DNA of 64,000 nt from an uncultured delta proteobacterium (GCA_963817385.1 CAWFOM010000005.1:224001-288000); one strand, 5' to 3'; shown: positions 1 to 10,213, counted from the first letter of the stretch. Made by a program: numbers and translations. The notes: generated from the sequence alone by a model not told the origin.

Positions 1-2
1 CC

Positions 3-284
3 CGCAAGATTCGTCATCGGGCCCTTCGCCATAATATTTATTGTTGCAGCCCCCGCAACATCGGTCCCTGCTAAAGGTCCGGTGGTCCAGATCAATCTGT
101 TTTCCGCATCGGACCACTCTACCCCCGGAGGAACTTCCTCATATAGATACTTTGCCCCCAGGCCGACCCCACCAACCCATTTTTTGACATCAGCCAGACT
201 CAATTCCTCTGATCCCGTCTTTCCGGTGGAAAGATCAATCCGTAAAACCTTTCCCGCATACCCGATACGTGTCAAGTCTGTCAT
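3..284 (-). CDS. Aldehyde:ferredoxin oxidoreductase family, N-terminal part (runs off the window edge)
   Basis: Not in the ORF track. Manual translation MTDLTRIGYAGKVLRIDLSTGK...GGVGLGAKYLYEEVPPGVEWSDAENRLIWTTGPLAGT matches the AOR N-terminus; GAAGGAG RBS upstream. Confidence 0.85.
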   Translation of the reverse strand, partial: MTDLTRIGYAGKVLRIDLSTGKTGSEELSLADVKKWVGGVGLGAKYLYEEVPPGVEWSDAENRLIWTTGPLAGTDVAGAATINIMAKGPMTNLA

Positions 285-370
285 GCTTTTTCTCCTTCAA
301 TCTCGTGGATCGATCACGGATGATATATCGTGGCTTCAGATTTCTACAACCACTATCATAATTATCTGAA

Positions 371-390
371 CGTTCATGTTCTTATGAACG
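371..390. promoter_or_regulatory. Inverted repeat upstream of the AOR gene, possible regulator operator
   Basis: CGTTCAT-N6-ATGAACG perfect dyad between the fumarase beta stop and the AOR start. Confidence 0.4.
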
Positions 391-396
391 GCAACG

Positions 397-960
397 TTAT
401 CGGGAACCGTTAACCCGATAACGGGATCTCCCCTCTTCGTAAAGATCACCGCCATATATATCGTTGATAACCGTCACCGGAAAATCCTGCACGTCGATCC
501 GCCGGAGGGCCTCCGCCCCTAAATCTTCATAGGCGATGACCTCAACCCGCCTGATGCAGCGTGAAATCAGGGCGCCTGCGCCGCCGATGGCTCCAAGATA
601 AACGGCCCCATATTTTTTCATCGCTTCCCGCACTTTCCGGGATCGCATCCCCTTGCCGACCATCCCTTTGAGCCCCTCGGCCATAAGCCGGGGGGAGTAG
701 GCGTCCATCCGGTAACTGGACGTTGGTCCGGCGGATCCGACGATCTTCCCCGGTCTTGCCGGAGTCGGCCCCATGAAATAGATCACCTGGCCCTTCAGAT
801 CAACGGGAAGCCGCTCCCCCGCCTCCAGGGTTTCGATCATCCGTTTATGGGCCGCATCGCGTCCGACGTACATCACCCCCGTGAGAAGGAGCTCGTCGCC
901 CGTATGGAGCGTTTCCACAACATCATCGCTCAGGGGGAGTTTTACCAGTCTGGCAATCAT
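397..960 (-). CDS. Fe-S hydro-lyase beta subunit (class I fumarate hydratase / tartrate dehydratase)
   Basis: GRDAAHKR, GPTSSYRMD and GKG motifs; adjacent to the alpha subunit. Confidence 0.92.
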   Translation of the reverse strand: MIARLVKLPLSDDVVETLHTGDELLLTGVMYVGRDAAHKRMIETLEAGERLPVDLKGQVIYFMGPTPARPGKIVGSAGPTSSYRMDAYSPRLMAEGLKGMVGKGMRSRKVREAMKKYGAVYLGAIGGAGALISRCIRRVEVIAYEDLGAEALRRIDVQDFPVTVINDIYGGDLYEEGRSRYRVNGSR

Positions 961-975
961 TCCCTCCTCCCTCCC

Positions 976-1821
976 TCAGAGAGTCGCTCCCCGGTGTCTG
1001 ACACTGTGACATTGGAGATTAACCGCCACGGGAAGGGCGGCGATATGAGTGGGAAAGACCTCGACATGAACGGCCAGGGCGGTGATCCTCCCTCCGTAGC
1101 CCATAGCCCCGATCCCCAGGGCATTGACGCGGTTTAATATCTCGTTTTCGAGCCCGGCAATCTCGGAATCCGGGTGCGGATCGCCTACCCTGCGGAGAAG
1201 CGCCTGTTTAGCCAAGAGCATGCATTTTTCCGCAGTCCCCCCGATCCCCACACCGACGATAACGGGCGGACAGGGGTTGGCGCCCGCCGCATCGACAGAT
1301 TTCACGACAAAATCGATGACTCCCTGACGCCCCTCGGCGGGGGTCAGCATCGCGAGCCGGCTCATGTTCTCACTGCCAAACCCTTTCGAGAGGGCGGTAA
1401 TTTTCAGCTTTTCGCCCGGTACTATCGCGGTATGGATCACCGCCGGCGTATTGTCCCCGGTGTTTGTTCTCACTGAAAACGGTTTCTCAACTATCGATTT
1501 GCGCAGGTATCCATCGGCATACGCACGACGCACGCCCCCCTGAACGGCCTCGTAAAGATCCCCTCCGATGACATGCACGTCCTGTCCCAGCTCCAGAAAA
1601 ACTACCGCCATACCTGTGTCCTGGCATAACGGGACTTCATCCCCGGCCGCGGTTTGCGCGTTTTCCCGCAATTTGGCAAGCACGTTGCGAGCCGCCGGGG
1701 ATTCTTCCCGTTCCTCCGCCAGCATGAGGGCGGTCATCACGTCTTCCGGGAGGTGGTAACAGGCATCCTGCAGAAGCGTGGAAATGGTTTCCGTCACCAG
1801 GTTTGCATGGATTTCCCGCAT
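976..1821 (-). CDS. Fe-S hydro-lyase alpha subunit (class I fumarate hydratase / tartrate dehydratase)
   Basis: PLCQDTG, KGFGSEN, NPCPP, GIGG and QCH motifs. Confidence 0.92.
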   Translation of the reverse strand: MREIHANLVTETISTLLQDACYHLPEDVMTALMLAEEREESPAARNVLAKLRENAQTAAGDEVPLCQDTGMAVVFLELGQDVHVIGGDLYEAVQGGVRRAYADGYLRKSIVEKPFSVRTNTGDNTPAVIHTAIVPGEKLKITALSKGFGSENMSRLAMLTPAEGRQGVIDFVVKSVDAAGANPCPPVIVGVGIGGTAEKCMLLAKQALLRRVGDPHPDSEIAGLENEILNRVNALGIGAMGYGGRITALAVHVEVFPTHIAALPVAVNLQCHSVRHRGATL

Positions 1822-1897
1822 AGGGCCGCCTCTTCAGACCAGCGTTAATCGACCACCGGACAATCGGTAATCTTCAGGAGTTGGAACGATCCGGCCT

Positions 1898-2647
1898 TTA
1901 CTTCTTCCCGGACAACTGCCCCGCCACCGAGGCGGTGGCCTTGGCAACGGCCTCCTGGTCGCCCAGGTAGTAGTGGTTGACGGCATGGAGCTGATCATCC
2001 AGTTCATAGACGAGGGGGATCCCCGTCGGGATATTCAGCTCCGTGATCACCTCGTCGGGGATCTTGTCCAGATATTTCACCAGGGCGCGCATGCTGTTTC
2101 CGTGGGCCGCGATGAGGGCCCGTTTCCCCCTGCGGAGGTCCGGAACGATCACCTCATGCCAGTAGGGAAGGACCCGTTCGAGGGTGTTCTTGAGCGATTC
2201 CGTCCGCGGCACTTCTTCCGGCTTCAGACCCGCATATCGGGGATCTCGTCCCGGGAACCGTTCGTCCGACTCGTTGAGTGCCGGGGGGGGAGTATCGTAG
2301 CTCCGCCGCCAGACATGCACCTGCTCCATCCCGAATTTTTCGGCGGTCTCCTTCTTGTTGAGCCCCTGCAGGGCGCCGTAATGGCGTTCGTTGAGCCTCC
2401 AGGAGCGGGTGACGGGGATCCACATCAGGTCCATCTCGTCCAGGGCGATCCAGAGCGTCCGGATCGCCCGCTTGAGGACCGATGTGTAGGCAAGGTCAAA
2501 TACATGGCCTCTCTCCTTCAGGAGCCTTCCCGCCTCGTGCGCCTCGCGGATCCCCTGTTCGGTCAGATCGACGTCGGTCCAGCCGGTAAAACGGTTCTCC
2601 AGGTTCCAGGTGCTCTCCCCATGACGCAGTAAAACCAGCCTGATCAT
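1898..2647 (-). CDS. gpmA: 2,3-bisphosphoglycerate-dependent phosphoglycerate mutase
   Basis: [29 protein letters not shown] and AHGNS motifs. Confidence 0.97.
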   Translation of the reverse strand: MIRLVLLRHGESTWNLENRFTGWTDVDLTEQGIREAHEAGRLLKERGHVFDLAYTSVLKRAIRTLWIALDEMDLMWIPVTRSWRLNERHYGALQGLNKKETAEKFGMEQVHVWRRSYDTPPPALNESDERFPGRDPRYAGLKPEEVPRTESLKNTLERVLPYWHEVIVPDLRRGKRALIAAHGNSMRALVKYLDKIPDEVITELNIPTGIPLVYELDDQLHAVNHYYLGDQEAVAKATASVAGQLSGKK

Positions 2648-2757
2648 CGCTCTCCTCCATTATGATTCATGAATGGTTTCTGAAGTTCATGCCGCTTCGA
2701 CCGAAGTCTAAGAAGTATGGCATATCTTGAGAGTAACGGCAAGGGTCTAAAAGTGTC

Positions 2758-2798
2758 AAAAAAGGAAGAGGGCAGTCCCCGGGAAGGAACTGCCCTCT
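2758..2798 (-). terminator. Probable intrinsic terminator downstream of the small membrane protein gene
   Basis: AGAGGGCAGT...ACTGCCCTCT stem followed by a T-run on the minus strand. Confidence 0.55.
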
Positions 2799-2940
2799 CT
2801 TTACCCATTGCAGGTGCGTCTTGAACCGCTCGCTTCATCGAGAAGCGGGGGCGGCGATAAAAAACCTGCCCGGATCCTGCACCCAAAACCGAACAAGCAT
2901 CCGGCTCAGCCATGCATCGGGATGCTGTTACTCTTGTAGT

Positions 2941-3150
2941 CTAACCGACCTTGGGGGCCGTCTTGACCCGGCGGGATGATGTCAAAATCGGCCCCTCGGA
3001 GAAGACAATCACAATACCGATAAGGCAGACAAAGGCGCCGACAAACGCACAAATAATTTGGACGAATGTCGGTGGCTCAAAAACACTTATAAGACATAGC
3101 CCCGTAATTGCAACAATTATGGTAACGAGCCCACCCAGCTTTTCTAACAT
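2941..3150 (-). CDS. Small two-TM membrane protein (69 aa), paralogue of 5412..5621
   Basis: GGAGG RBS before ATG at 3150; two hydrophobic segments; a highly similar second copy supports coding status. Confidence 0.7.
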   Translation of the reverse strand: MLEKLGGLVTIIVAITGLCLISVFEPPTFVQIICAFVGAFVCLIGIVIVFSEGPILTSSRRVKTAPKVG

Positions 3151-3232
3151 ATTTACCTCCCTGCATATGTGATTCGGAAAATCAGGATACCCTGGTCCGA
3201 CTACCAGCACGGATCCTCGGACCAGATATGTA

Positions 3233-3301
3233 AGTGAATGATCGCTACTAATGTAGTTAATGATTACTTGTATAATAGTTAATACTAACTTATAATGTCA
3301 A
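3233..3301 (-). promoter_or_regulatory. Sigma70-type promoter with repeated AGT(G/T)AAT..(A)CT motifs
   Basis: Minus strand TTGACA-N18-TATTAT with AGTTAGT in the spacer; plus-strand boxes AGTGAATGATCGCTACT, AGTTAATGATTACT and AGTTAATACTAACT. Confidence 0.5.
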
Positions 3302-3573
3302 GGTAATTTTTAACAGATAATTTTTCAGGCGGAAGATAAAAAAAGTCCATGTCCAAACGGTGACAATGGATAAGTAGAATGATGCGTTGTTGAAAGTTCC
3401 ATTAAATCCGATTTTCGTTATGAGAGGGAAAAGCGTTAACATGTTGGCTGGCTTGAGTTTGAGTGATATGGAGCCCGGCTCAAGCCAGCTAAAAATTGCG
3501 GAAGAAGGCTGAGGAAGCGTGCATCTAAATTGCTGCAACCACTAAGGCCGGCGTTATGAAAGGAAGCCCAGCC

Positions 3574-3900
3574 ATGGAATGGAAGAAAATTGTGGCCATC
3601 ATTCGAAAGGATAAGCTGCGAGACGTAGAAGAGTGCCTGAAAGATCTTCGGGTAAAAGGTATCAGTGTGACGAGGGGAAAAGGCTACGGGGAGTATGCAA
3701 ACTTTTTTTCATCGGACTGGTGCGTGATGCATGCCCGGATCGAGATATATTGTGAACCCTCACGAACGGACGGGATCATCCAGGCCATTATGGATGCAGC
3801 CCATACCGGGTCGGCGGGCGATGGTATCGTGGCCTTGATTCCAGTGGAAAAGCTGTACAGGATTAGAAGCAAGACAGAAGCGAAATATGAGGAAGAATAG
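3574..3900 (+). CDS. P-II family signal transduction protein (non-canonical T-loop)
   Basis: KKIVAIIR, GKGYG and AAHTGSAGDG motifs; lacks the YRGAEY T-loop. Confidence 0.85.
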   Translation: MEWKKIVAIIRKDKLRDVEECLKDLRVKGISVTRGKGYGEYANFFSSDWCVMHARIEIYCEPSRTDGIIQAIMDAAHTGSAGDGIVALIPVEKLYRIRSKTEAKYEEE

Positions 3901-4023
3901 GGAATTAAGCTTTCCCCGCGGGCAGCGAAAAAATACCGTCGGGAAGACGCCGCGGCCGCAACGGCAGATAGCTACAGCAATTGAACCATCATGCCCACCG
4001 CCTTGACTGCGGTCGCAAAGTTC

Positions 4024-4185
4024 CTATGAGCCATACCGCCTCAGAAAGGCCATGACGAACACAAGCACAAAAAAAGCCATCCCAACACATGCTAAGGCGA
4101 TTCGTATATATTTCTTGGTCTTGCTTTCCTCCTCAGGTTGAGCCGTCCCTATAACGTCCCGTAATACGCTGCGTACTTCTTTCAT
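4024..4185 (-). CDS. Small single-TM protein (53 aa), below the ORF-track cutoff
   Basis: GGAGG RBS, then MKEVRSVLRDVIGTAQPEEESKTKKYIRIALACVGMAFFVLVFVMAFLRRYGS-stop; has its own promoter-like region. Confidence 0.55.
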   Translation of the reverse strand: MKEVRSVLRDVIGTAQPEEESKTKKYIRIALACVGMAFFVLVFVMAFLRRYGS

Positions 4186-4263
4186 GTCACACCTCCAAAA
4201 ATAGTTATCAGATATGTCGAGTCATACTGCTTGCCTTACGATACATAAGTTATTGTTTGTATA

Positions 4264-4293
4264 TTTAATAGTGAATGATAACTAACTTGTCAA
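4264..4293 (-). promoter_or_regulatory. Sigma70-type promoter with near-palindromic operator in the spacer
   Basis: Minus strand TTGACA-AGTTAGTTATCATTCAC(17)-TATTAA. Confidence 0.55.
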
Positions 4294-4438
4294 GAGGAAT
4301 TGGTGCAGAGAAAAAAATGCGTTCTTGCGGGGAATGACTTCTATGCAACGGAGATTTTTGATGGACTCGTGGGAATGGGAGCGGCGACGCATCCTGCGGG
4401 TAAAAAATTGTCACCGAAGGCGAACCCGGCAGAGGATT

Positions 4439-5041
4439 TTAGCGACGGGCAACGGCGTCGCGGTAGATCTGCCAGAGGGAGGTGTACTTTTCGATCAGCT
4501 TGAAGCTGCCCTCGCTGAGGGACCAGATGTTCACCAGTCCCTGGATGAGGGCGAAGAGCAATGTCGCTGAGGCCTCCAGGTCAATGTCTTTGCGGACAGC
4601 GCCGTCTCGGACCCCGTCGGAGAGGAGTTCCTTCAGACGGGAGATGTATTTGCTGATCGCCTGAGACGCCTGTTTGTTAAGTTTTCGATCGCCGAGGCTG
4701 ATGATCTCGGCAATGACCTGAAAGGAGATTCCCTTGCGCAGGTCGATTGCGGAAAAATGATTCCCGATGATTTTCTCGATGGTGTCGAGTGTAACCGGTT
4801 CAGCACCCGCACGCTCCGGCGAGATGTCCCGGAGAAGGATCTCTTCGATATGGCTGAGCAGGAAGGAGAGGATACTCTTCTTGCTCGTGAAATGGCGGTA
4901 GATGGCCGCTTCGGAAATGCCGACCTGCGCGGCGATCCTCTTGACTGTTAGATGTTCGCTGCCGTATTTGAAGATCAGCTTCGCTGCGGCCTCGATTATC
5001 TGCTGCTGCCTGAATTCCGTATTTTTTCTCTTTGTGACCAT
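4439..5041 (-). CDS. TetR/AcrR family transcriptional regulator
   Basis: N-terminal HTH LTVKRIAAQVGISEAAIYRHF; start taken at MVTKRK (5041). Confidence 0.93.
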   Translation of the reverse strand: MVTKRKNTEFRQQQIIEAAAKLIFKYGSEHLTVKRIAAQVGISEAAIYRHFTSKKSILSFLLSHIEEILLRDISPERAGAEPVTLDTIEKIIGNHFSAIDLRKGISFQVIAEIISLGDRKLNKQASQAISKYISRLKELLSDGVRDGAVRKDIDLEASATLLFALIQGLVNIWSLSEGSFKLIEKYTSLWQIYRDAVARR

Positions 5042-5411
5042 CGCCCCCGCTCCTGGAATAGATCCACCGGACCATGCCCCGGTCATTTGGCCAAAAAGCC
5101 GCGTTAGTTTTGACGTACCGGGGGTACGAACGTATCGGAAGTTTCACTGCACGGGGATGCAATAAAATATCGGTATCAATATAATGAACCGCGAGGACAA
5201 AATCAAACTATTTTCTCTGATATACAAATGGGTGGGCTAAGGGGTTGTTGCCGTGATAAGATCAACGGGTGAGGCCCCACGGAACGGCCGGATGGCCCGA
5301 CTGATCTGCTTCCCGTCGGGATTGGTGATCGCCACCATCGCCAGTAACAGCAGAACAAGCAATATCGGCAGAGTTTAGGAAAATCACATCGGAAGCCGTT
5401 ACTCTTGTAGT

Positions 5412-5621
5412 CTAACCGACCTTGGGGGCCGTCTTGACCCGGCGGTCTTTTGTAAGAATCTGCCCCTCAGCGAAGCAAAACACAACGCCGATAAGACAGA
5501 CAAAGCTGCCGACTAACGCACAGATAATTTGGACGAATGTCGGCGGCTCAAAAACACTGATAAGCGCTAACCCTATGACTGCGACGACTATGGTAACGAA
5601 CCCACCCAGTTTTTCCAACAT
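5412..5621 (-). CDS. Small two-TM membrane protein (69 aa), paralogue of 2941..3150
   Basis: Shares MLEKLGG, SVFEPPTFVQIICA and RRVKTAPKVG with the first copy. Confidence 0.7.
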   Translation of the reverse strand: MLEKLGGFVTIVVAVIGLALISVFEPPTFVQIICALVGSFVCLIGVVFCFAEGQILTKDRRVKTAPKVG

Positions 5622-5640
5622 ATTTGATCCCCCATTACGA

Positions 5641-5904
5641 CTAACATTGAAATCCGCTCGCGACGGGCGCGGAGCCGGAGACAGGTCGTATGATCGATTT
5701 GTTCCGTATATTCGGTTTTCGTTGACGAATCGTTGTCCGGACCATTAGCCTTTTCCCGAAGTGCACAATGGTGTAAAGCATGAGACAGCCGACGGCAATC
5801 ACCAGACAAAAAATGATCATGGCATGCACGGGCAGCTTGGTGATCAGCGACCACAGAATGAAATTACCGGCGATGGCGCCGACTACAGACAAAAAATGTC
5901 GCAT
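5641..5904 (-). CDS. Hypothetical small membrane protein
   Basis: AGGAGG RBS; two hydrophobic segments followed by a basic tail. Confidence 0.5.
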   Translation of the reverse strand: MRHFLSVVGAIAGNFILWSLITKLPVHAMIIFCLVIAVGCLMLYTIVHFGKRLMVRTTIRQRKPNIRNKSIIRPVSGSAPVASGFQC

Positions 5905-5990
5905 CTTTTTCCTCCTGATGGTGGTTTTCGCGAATCAGGCAATTTTCATCCCCGCGTCGGGCGTTGAAATTCCCGGCTCGGAAGCCTCTG

Positions 5991-7929
5991 TCATCCCTTG
6001 TACACCAGGGACGGCACCCACAGACCGATCTGCGGGAAGAGGTAGAGCAAAAGATCGCCAAGCACCTGGATCACCATGAACGGCAGCATCCCGATGAAGA
6101 TCTGGTTGAGCGTCACATGCGGCGGCGCCACCCCCTTCAGGTAGAAGGCGGCCATCGCCACCGGCGGCGAGAGGAACGCCGTCTGGAGGTTCAGGGCCAC
6201 GAGCAGACCGAAGAAGAGCGGATCGATGTTAAAGTGCGCCAGGAGCGGGATGAAGATCGGCATGAAGATGACGATGATCTCGGTCCACTCCAGCGGCCAG
6301 CCGAGGAGGAAGATGATCACCTGCGCCAGGAGCATGAACTGGGTCGGCGTCATGTCCATCGATTTCACCCAGTCGTTGATGATCTCCTGACCGCCCAGGA
6401 GCGCGAAGGCCGCCGCGAAGATGCTCGAACCGATGAAGAGCCAGCAGACCATGGCCGAGGTCTTGGCGGTGAGGAAGACCGACTCCTTCACGACGGTGAA
6501 GTTGAGCTGTTTGTACGCGGCCGCCAGGACAAACCCCCCGAAGGAGCCCATCGCCGCCGCTTCGGTCGGGGTCGCGAGCCCCACGACGATCGTCCCGAGG
6601 ACCCCGAGGATGATAAGGGCCAGCGGGAAGAACGATCCGAGGAGCATCTTGAAGATCTCGAGACGGGCGAAGGTGAAGATTACATAAAAGATCACCGTCC
6701 CCGCCGCAACGATGCCGAATGTGATCCAGAACACCAGGGGGGGGCGTTACGAGGCGGCGCCGTCGGTGCGGCCGGGGCAGTCTCGGCCACGGCGGCAGGC
6801 GGCTGCGGGGCCTCCGGTGCGGCCGGGGCAACCTGCGTCGCCTGACCGGGTTCGGCCGGGGGCTCCGCCAGGCCCACCGCGCCTTCCGGCTCCTGGAGAC
6901 TGCCGGTGTCGGTCGAGACCTCCGTGCTCTCCGTTGACGCCATACCCATCTCTTGCACTCCCGACGTGTCGATTAACGAGGGGGCCGTCGTCCAGAGGTA
7001 GATCACCAGAACGAAGAGCGCGGCCGCGCGCCAAAGGAAGGATGGCGATGATCAGGTGACTGACCAATGTCTTCATCGGAACGTCGGCGTTCCGCTTCCC
7101 CTTGATCGCGCCGATCAATCCCGACCATGACGTTGTTGCTCTTCTTGGAGATCACTTCCGCGAACTTGGGCAGATCGACGCGCTGCTCCTCCTCGGAGAG
7201 GGGCGGGGCGATGCTCGGCTTGAGCTTCGCGGAGATGATGATGTAGCCGAGATAGAGGGAGGTCAGCATGAGGCCGGGCAAAAAGGCCCCAGCGTAGAGC
7301 TGGACGACCGAGACGCCCGCGGTCGCGCCGTAGAGGATCAGGAGGACCGACGGCGGGATCAGGATGCCGAGGGTCCCCCCCGCGGTCACGACCCCCGCCG
7401 AGAGACGGATGCTGTATCCGGCCTTGAGCATCGCCGGAAAGGCAAGGAGGCCCATGAGCGTCACGACCGCGCCGATGATCCCGGTGGCGGTGGCGAAGAT
7501 CGCGCAGGTGATGACCGTCGCGACGGCGAGCGACCCGGGGATCCGGGAGGTCGCCAGGTGGAGACTCTTGAAGAGCCTGCCGATCAGGTTGGCCCGTTCG
7601 ACGAGGTACCCCATGAAGACGAAGAGCGGTATCGAGATCAGAACGTCGTTGTTCATGACGGCATAGGCCCGCTGCGACACCAGATCGAACGTATGGTCCA
7701 CCGCCGTATTCGGGTTTTGGCTGTAATAGGCGAAAAAGGCGAACATCGTCCCCATCCCCATGAGGGTGAAGGCGGTGGGAAAGCCGAGCATGATCGCGAT
7801 GACGATCATCGCCAGCATTAAAAGGCCCAGGTGGCCGTCGGTCCACTGTGACGGCGGGGGCATCATCCAGAACACGCCGATCACCACCAGTGCCATGATA
7901 GATAATCCGAACCAGGCTTCTTTTCTCAT
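5991..7929 (-). CDS. dctM: TRAP transporter large permease (DctM), split by about three frameshifts
   Basis: GTLGILIPPS and FLSPPVAMAAFYLKGVAP motifs; reading passes across ORFs 7003..7929, 6747..7118, 6692..7006 and 5991..6734 (shifts near 7120, 7025, 6735); contains a Pro/Ala-rich loop. Confidence 0.85.
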
Positions 7930-8552
7930 TTGTCGCCCCCTTTTCCGTGCGTCACATACTCATCGAGCTTCGCGATATCATCGTCGGTGACGTGCACCGT
8001 CGCCTTCAGTTTCTCGACGTCGACCTCCTCGACGTCCTGGATGCGCGAGGGCCACTTGCCATCCTTCAGGCACAGGACGCAGCGGACCATCTCGACGAAG
8101 CCCTGCACGAGGATAAACGCCCCGGCGATCGGGATGATGGTCTTGAAGTGGTAGAGAGGCGGACCGTCGGCGGTGATGCTCGAATGCTCGAAGATCCGCC
8201 AGGAGTCGCCGGCATAGTAGAAGCCGGCCCAGCAGAGGGCGGTCACCCCGGGGAGGAAAAAGAGGATGTAGAGCGTCAGGTCGAGGGCGGCCTGCACACG
8301 CTGCGGGAAGAAACCGTAGAGGACGTCGCCGCGGACCATGCCGTTCTTCGAGAGGGTGTAGGCGCCCGCCATCATGAACAGGATCCCGTACATCTGGATC
8401 ATGATATCGAAGGCCCACGAGTGCGGTGCGTCCATGGCGTAGCGAGCGTACACCTCGTAGGTGATCAGAAAGGTGAGCCCCACGATGAGCCAGGAGAACG
8501 CCTGGCCGGCAAATGTGCTGATCTTGTCGATGGTAAGCAGTAATTTCTGCAT
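7926..8552 (-). CDS. dctQ: TRAP transporter small permease (DctQ)
   Basis: Four TM segments, GAYTL..NGMVRGD motif, lies between dctP and dctM. Confidence 0.88.
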   Translation of the reverse strand: MQKLLLTIDKISTFAGQAFSWLIVGLTFLITYEVYARYAMDAPHSWAFDIMIQMYGILFMMAGAYTLSKNGMVRGDVLYGFFPQRVQAALDLTLYILFFLPGVTALCWAGFYYAGDSWRIFEHSSITADGPPLYHFKTIIPIAGAFILVQGFVEMVRCVLCLKDGKWPSRIQDVEEVDVEKLKATVHVTDDDIAKLDEYVTHGKGGDK

Positions 8553-8567
8553 ATTTACACCTTTACT

Positions 8568-8604
8568 AAAAATCAGCCATCCGGGCGACGCCCGGATGGC
8601 TGAT
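8568..8604 (-). terminator. Intercistronic hairpin after the TRAP binding-protein gene
   Basis: Perfect inverted repeat ATCAGCCATCCGGGCG-A-CGCCCGGATGGCTGAT with a T-run on the minus strand. Confidence 0.7.
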
Positions 8605-8623
8605 CGATGATGTCGTGGACCTT

Positions 8624-9808
8624 TTACTTCTTCTTCGGTTCGGCCTTCGCGGGTTCAGCCTTTGCGGGTGCGGCCTTCCTGCCGAAGTAGTGGTTATAGG
8701 CCATGCGCCGGTTGACGTTGGTATCCATGTCCCAGGCCACCGTGCGCTTGGCAAACTCTATCTGCGATGCGACGATCTCCTTGAACAGGGGGTTATCCGC
8801 CGACTTCTTCTTCACGATCTCATCATAGAGGACGAGCTCCCTGGCCAGGATCGCGTCGGGGGTCTTGTAGAACTTCACCTTGTCCTTGGTCTGGAGCTCG
8901 ATGTAGTCCTTCGAGTAGCGGTCAATCGACTTCCAGGACATGTCGGCCGAGGCGGCTTCCACGCCGTTGTCGATGATCGCCTTCAACTTGGCGGGCAGCG
9001 CGTCGTACTTGGTCTTGTTGAACAGGATTTCGAACTGCTCCGCGTTTTGGTGGAAGCTCTGGAGCATGCACACCTTCGAGACGTCGGGGAAACCGAGCAG
9101 CCGGTCGGACGAAGCATTGTTGAACTCCGCCCCATCCAGCAGGCCGCGATCCAGGGCCGGGACGATCTCGCCGCCGGGGAGGGCGTTCACCGCACAGCCC
9201 AAGGCGGTGAAGAGGTCGACGGAGAGACCCACGGTCCGGAACTTGAGCCCCTTGAGGTCCTCGATCTTGGTGATGGGCTTCTTGAACCAGCCGAAGGGCT
9301 GCGTAAACATCGGCCCGTAGGGGAAAGAGGCGACGTTCGCGCCGATGGATGCATAGAGCTTCGCCAGCAACTCCTTGCCGCCGCCGTACTTGTGCCAGGA
9401 GAGGAGCATGTTGGCGTCCATACCGTAGCCGGGGCCCGATCCCCAGAGGGCCAGGGCGTTCTGCTTGCCGTAGTGGTAGACGATGACGCCGTGGGCGCCG
9501 TCGAGCGTCCCCTTGGAGACCGCATCCAGAACGCCGAAGGCCGGGACGACGGAGCCGGCAGGGAGCACTTCGATCTTGAGATCGCCGCCGGTCATGTCGT
9601 TGATCTTCTTGGCGAAGTCAAGGGCATACTCGTGGAAGATGTCCTTGGTCGGCCAGGTGCTCTGCCATCTCATGCTGATCGGCCCCTGCGCCTTGAGGAT
9701 CGAGGGGAACCCCAGGGTTGCGGCCCCGGCCGTCACTGCGGCAGCGGCGGTGAGAAAATTGCGGCGTGATACGCCCTTCGTCTCTTTACCCAGTACTTTC
9801 TTTGTCAT
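8624..9808 (-). CDS. dctP: TRAP substrate-binding protein (DctP, 2-oxoacid/lactate-binding TakP-like type), Tat signal
   Basis: SRRNFL twin-arginine motif; QPFGWFKKPI, GLKFR and GGEIVPALDRGLLDGAEF motifs; GGAGG RBS before ATG 9808. Confidence 0.9.
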   Translation of the reverse strand: MTKKVLGKETKGVSRRNFLTAAAAVTAGAATLGFPSILKAQGPISMRWQSTWPTKDIFHEYALDFAKKINDMTGGDLKIEVLPAGSVVPAFGVLDAVSKGTLDGAHGVIVYHYGKQNALALWGSGPGYGMDANMLLSWHKYGGGKELLAKLYASIGANVASFPYGPMFTQPFGWFKKPITKIEDLKGLKFRTVGLSVDLFTALGCAVNALPGGEIVPALDRGLLDGAEFNNASSDRLLGFPDVSKVCMLQSFHQNAEQFEILFNKTKYDALPAKLKAIIDNGVEAASADMSWKSIDRYSKDYIELQTKDKVKFYKTPDAILARELVLYDEIVKKKSADNPLFKEIVASQIEFAKRTVAWDMDTNVNRRMAYNHYFGRKAAPAKAEPAKAEPKKK

Positions 9809-10140
9809 AATACCCTCCTCCTTAGTTATTGGTAAAAATTGACTGCCTGACTTGAGAACCCATTCACCCGACACTAATTAACAGGACCTATGCCGAAACC
9901 CTGCGGTTTCGGTTAATCGGTTGCCATTTTACCGGTGTTCTGCGAATCGTTTATCCAATGCATGTAAGGCAGAGATGAGAGAATATGACGAGGGGACCAT
10001 TTCCTGCTGAACGCATCCGACATGTGGTTAATATCCAACATCAATCATCCCGTTCGCGAGAACCGCACAACCAAGGCATCTGAAAGATTGCTAAATTATA
10101 TTAATCACTTATATAAGCGCATCGTGTTGATAGGTGGTTG

Positions 10141-10170
10141 ATACTAATCTCCGGAATCGTAATTTGTCAA
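10141..10170 (-). promoter_or_regulatory. Sigma70-type promoter for the TRAP operon
   Basis: Minus strand TTGACA-N18-TAGTAT. Confidence 0.5.
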
Positions 10171-10213
10171 GCAAAAACATCCCCTGGACGGGGTTCCGGG
10201 GCGGGAAATCGGA

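Noticed and set aside
5238..5375. Hydrophobic peptide LPILLVLLLLAMVAITNP on the minus strand
   Set aside because: No in-frame start or RBS; it may be a gene remnant but is too weak to call.
9810..10140. Riboswitch in the long dctP leader
   Set aside because: Only a short hairpin (CCGAAACC/GGTTTCGG) is visible and no recognisable aptamer consensus; an Rfam scan would be needed.
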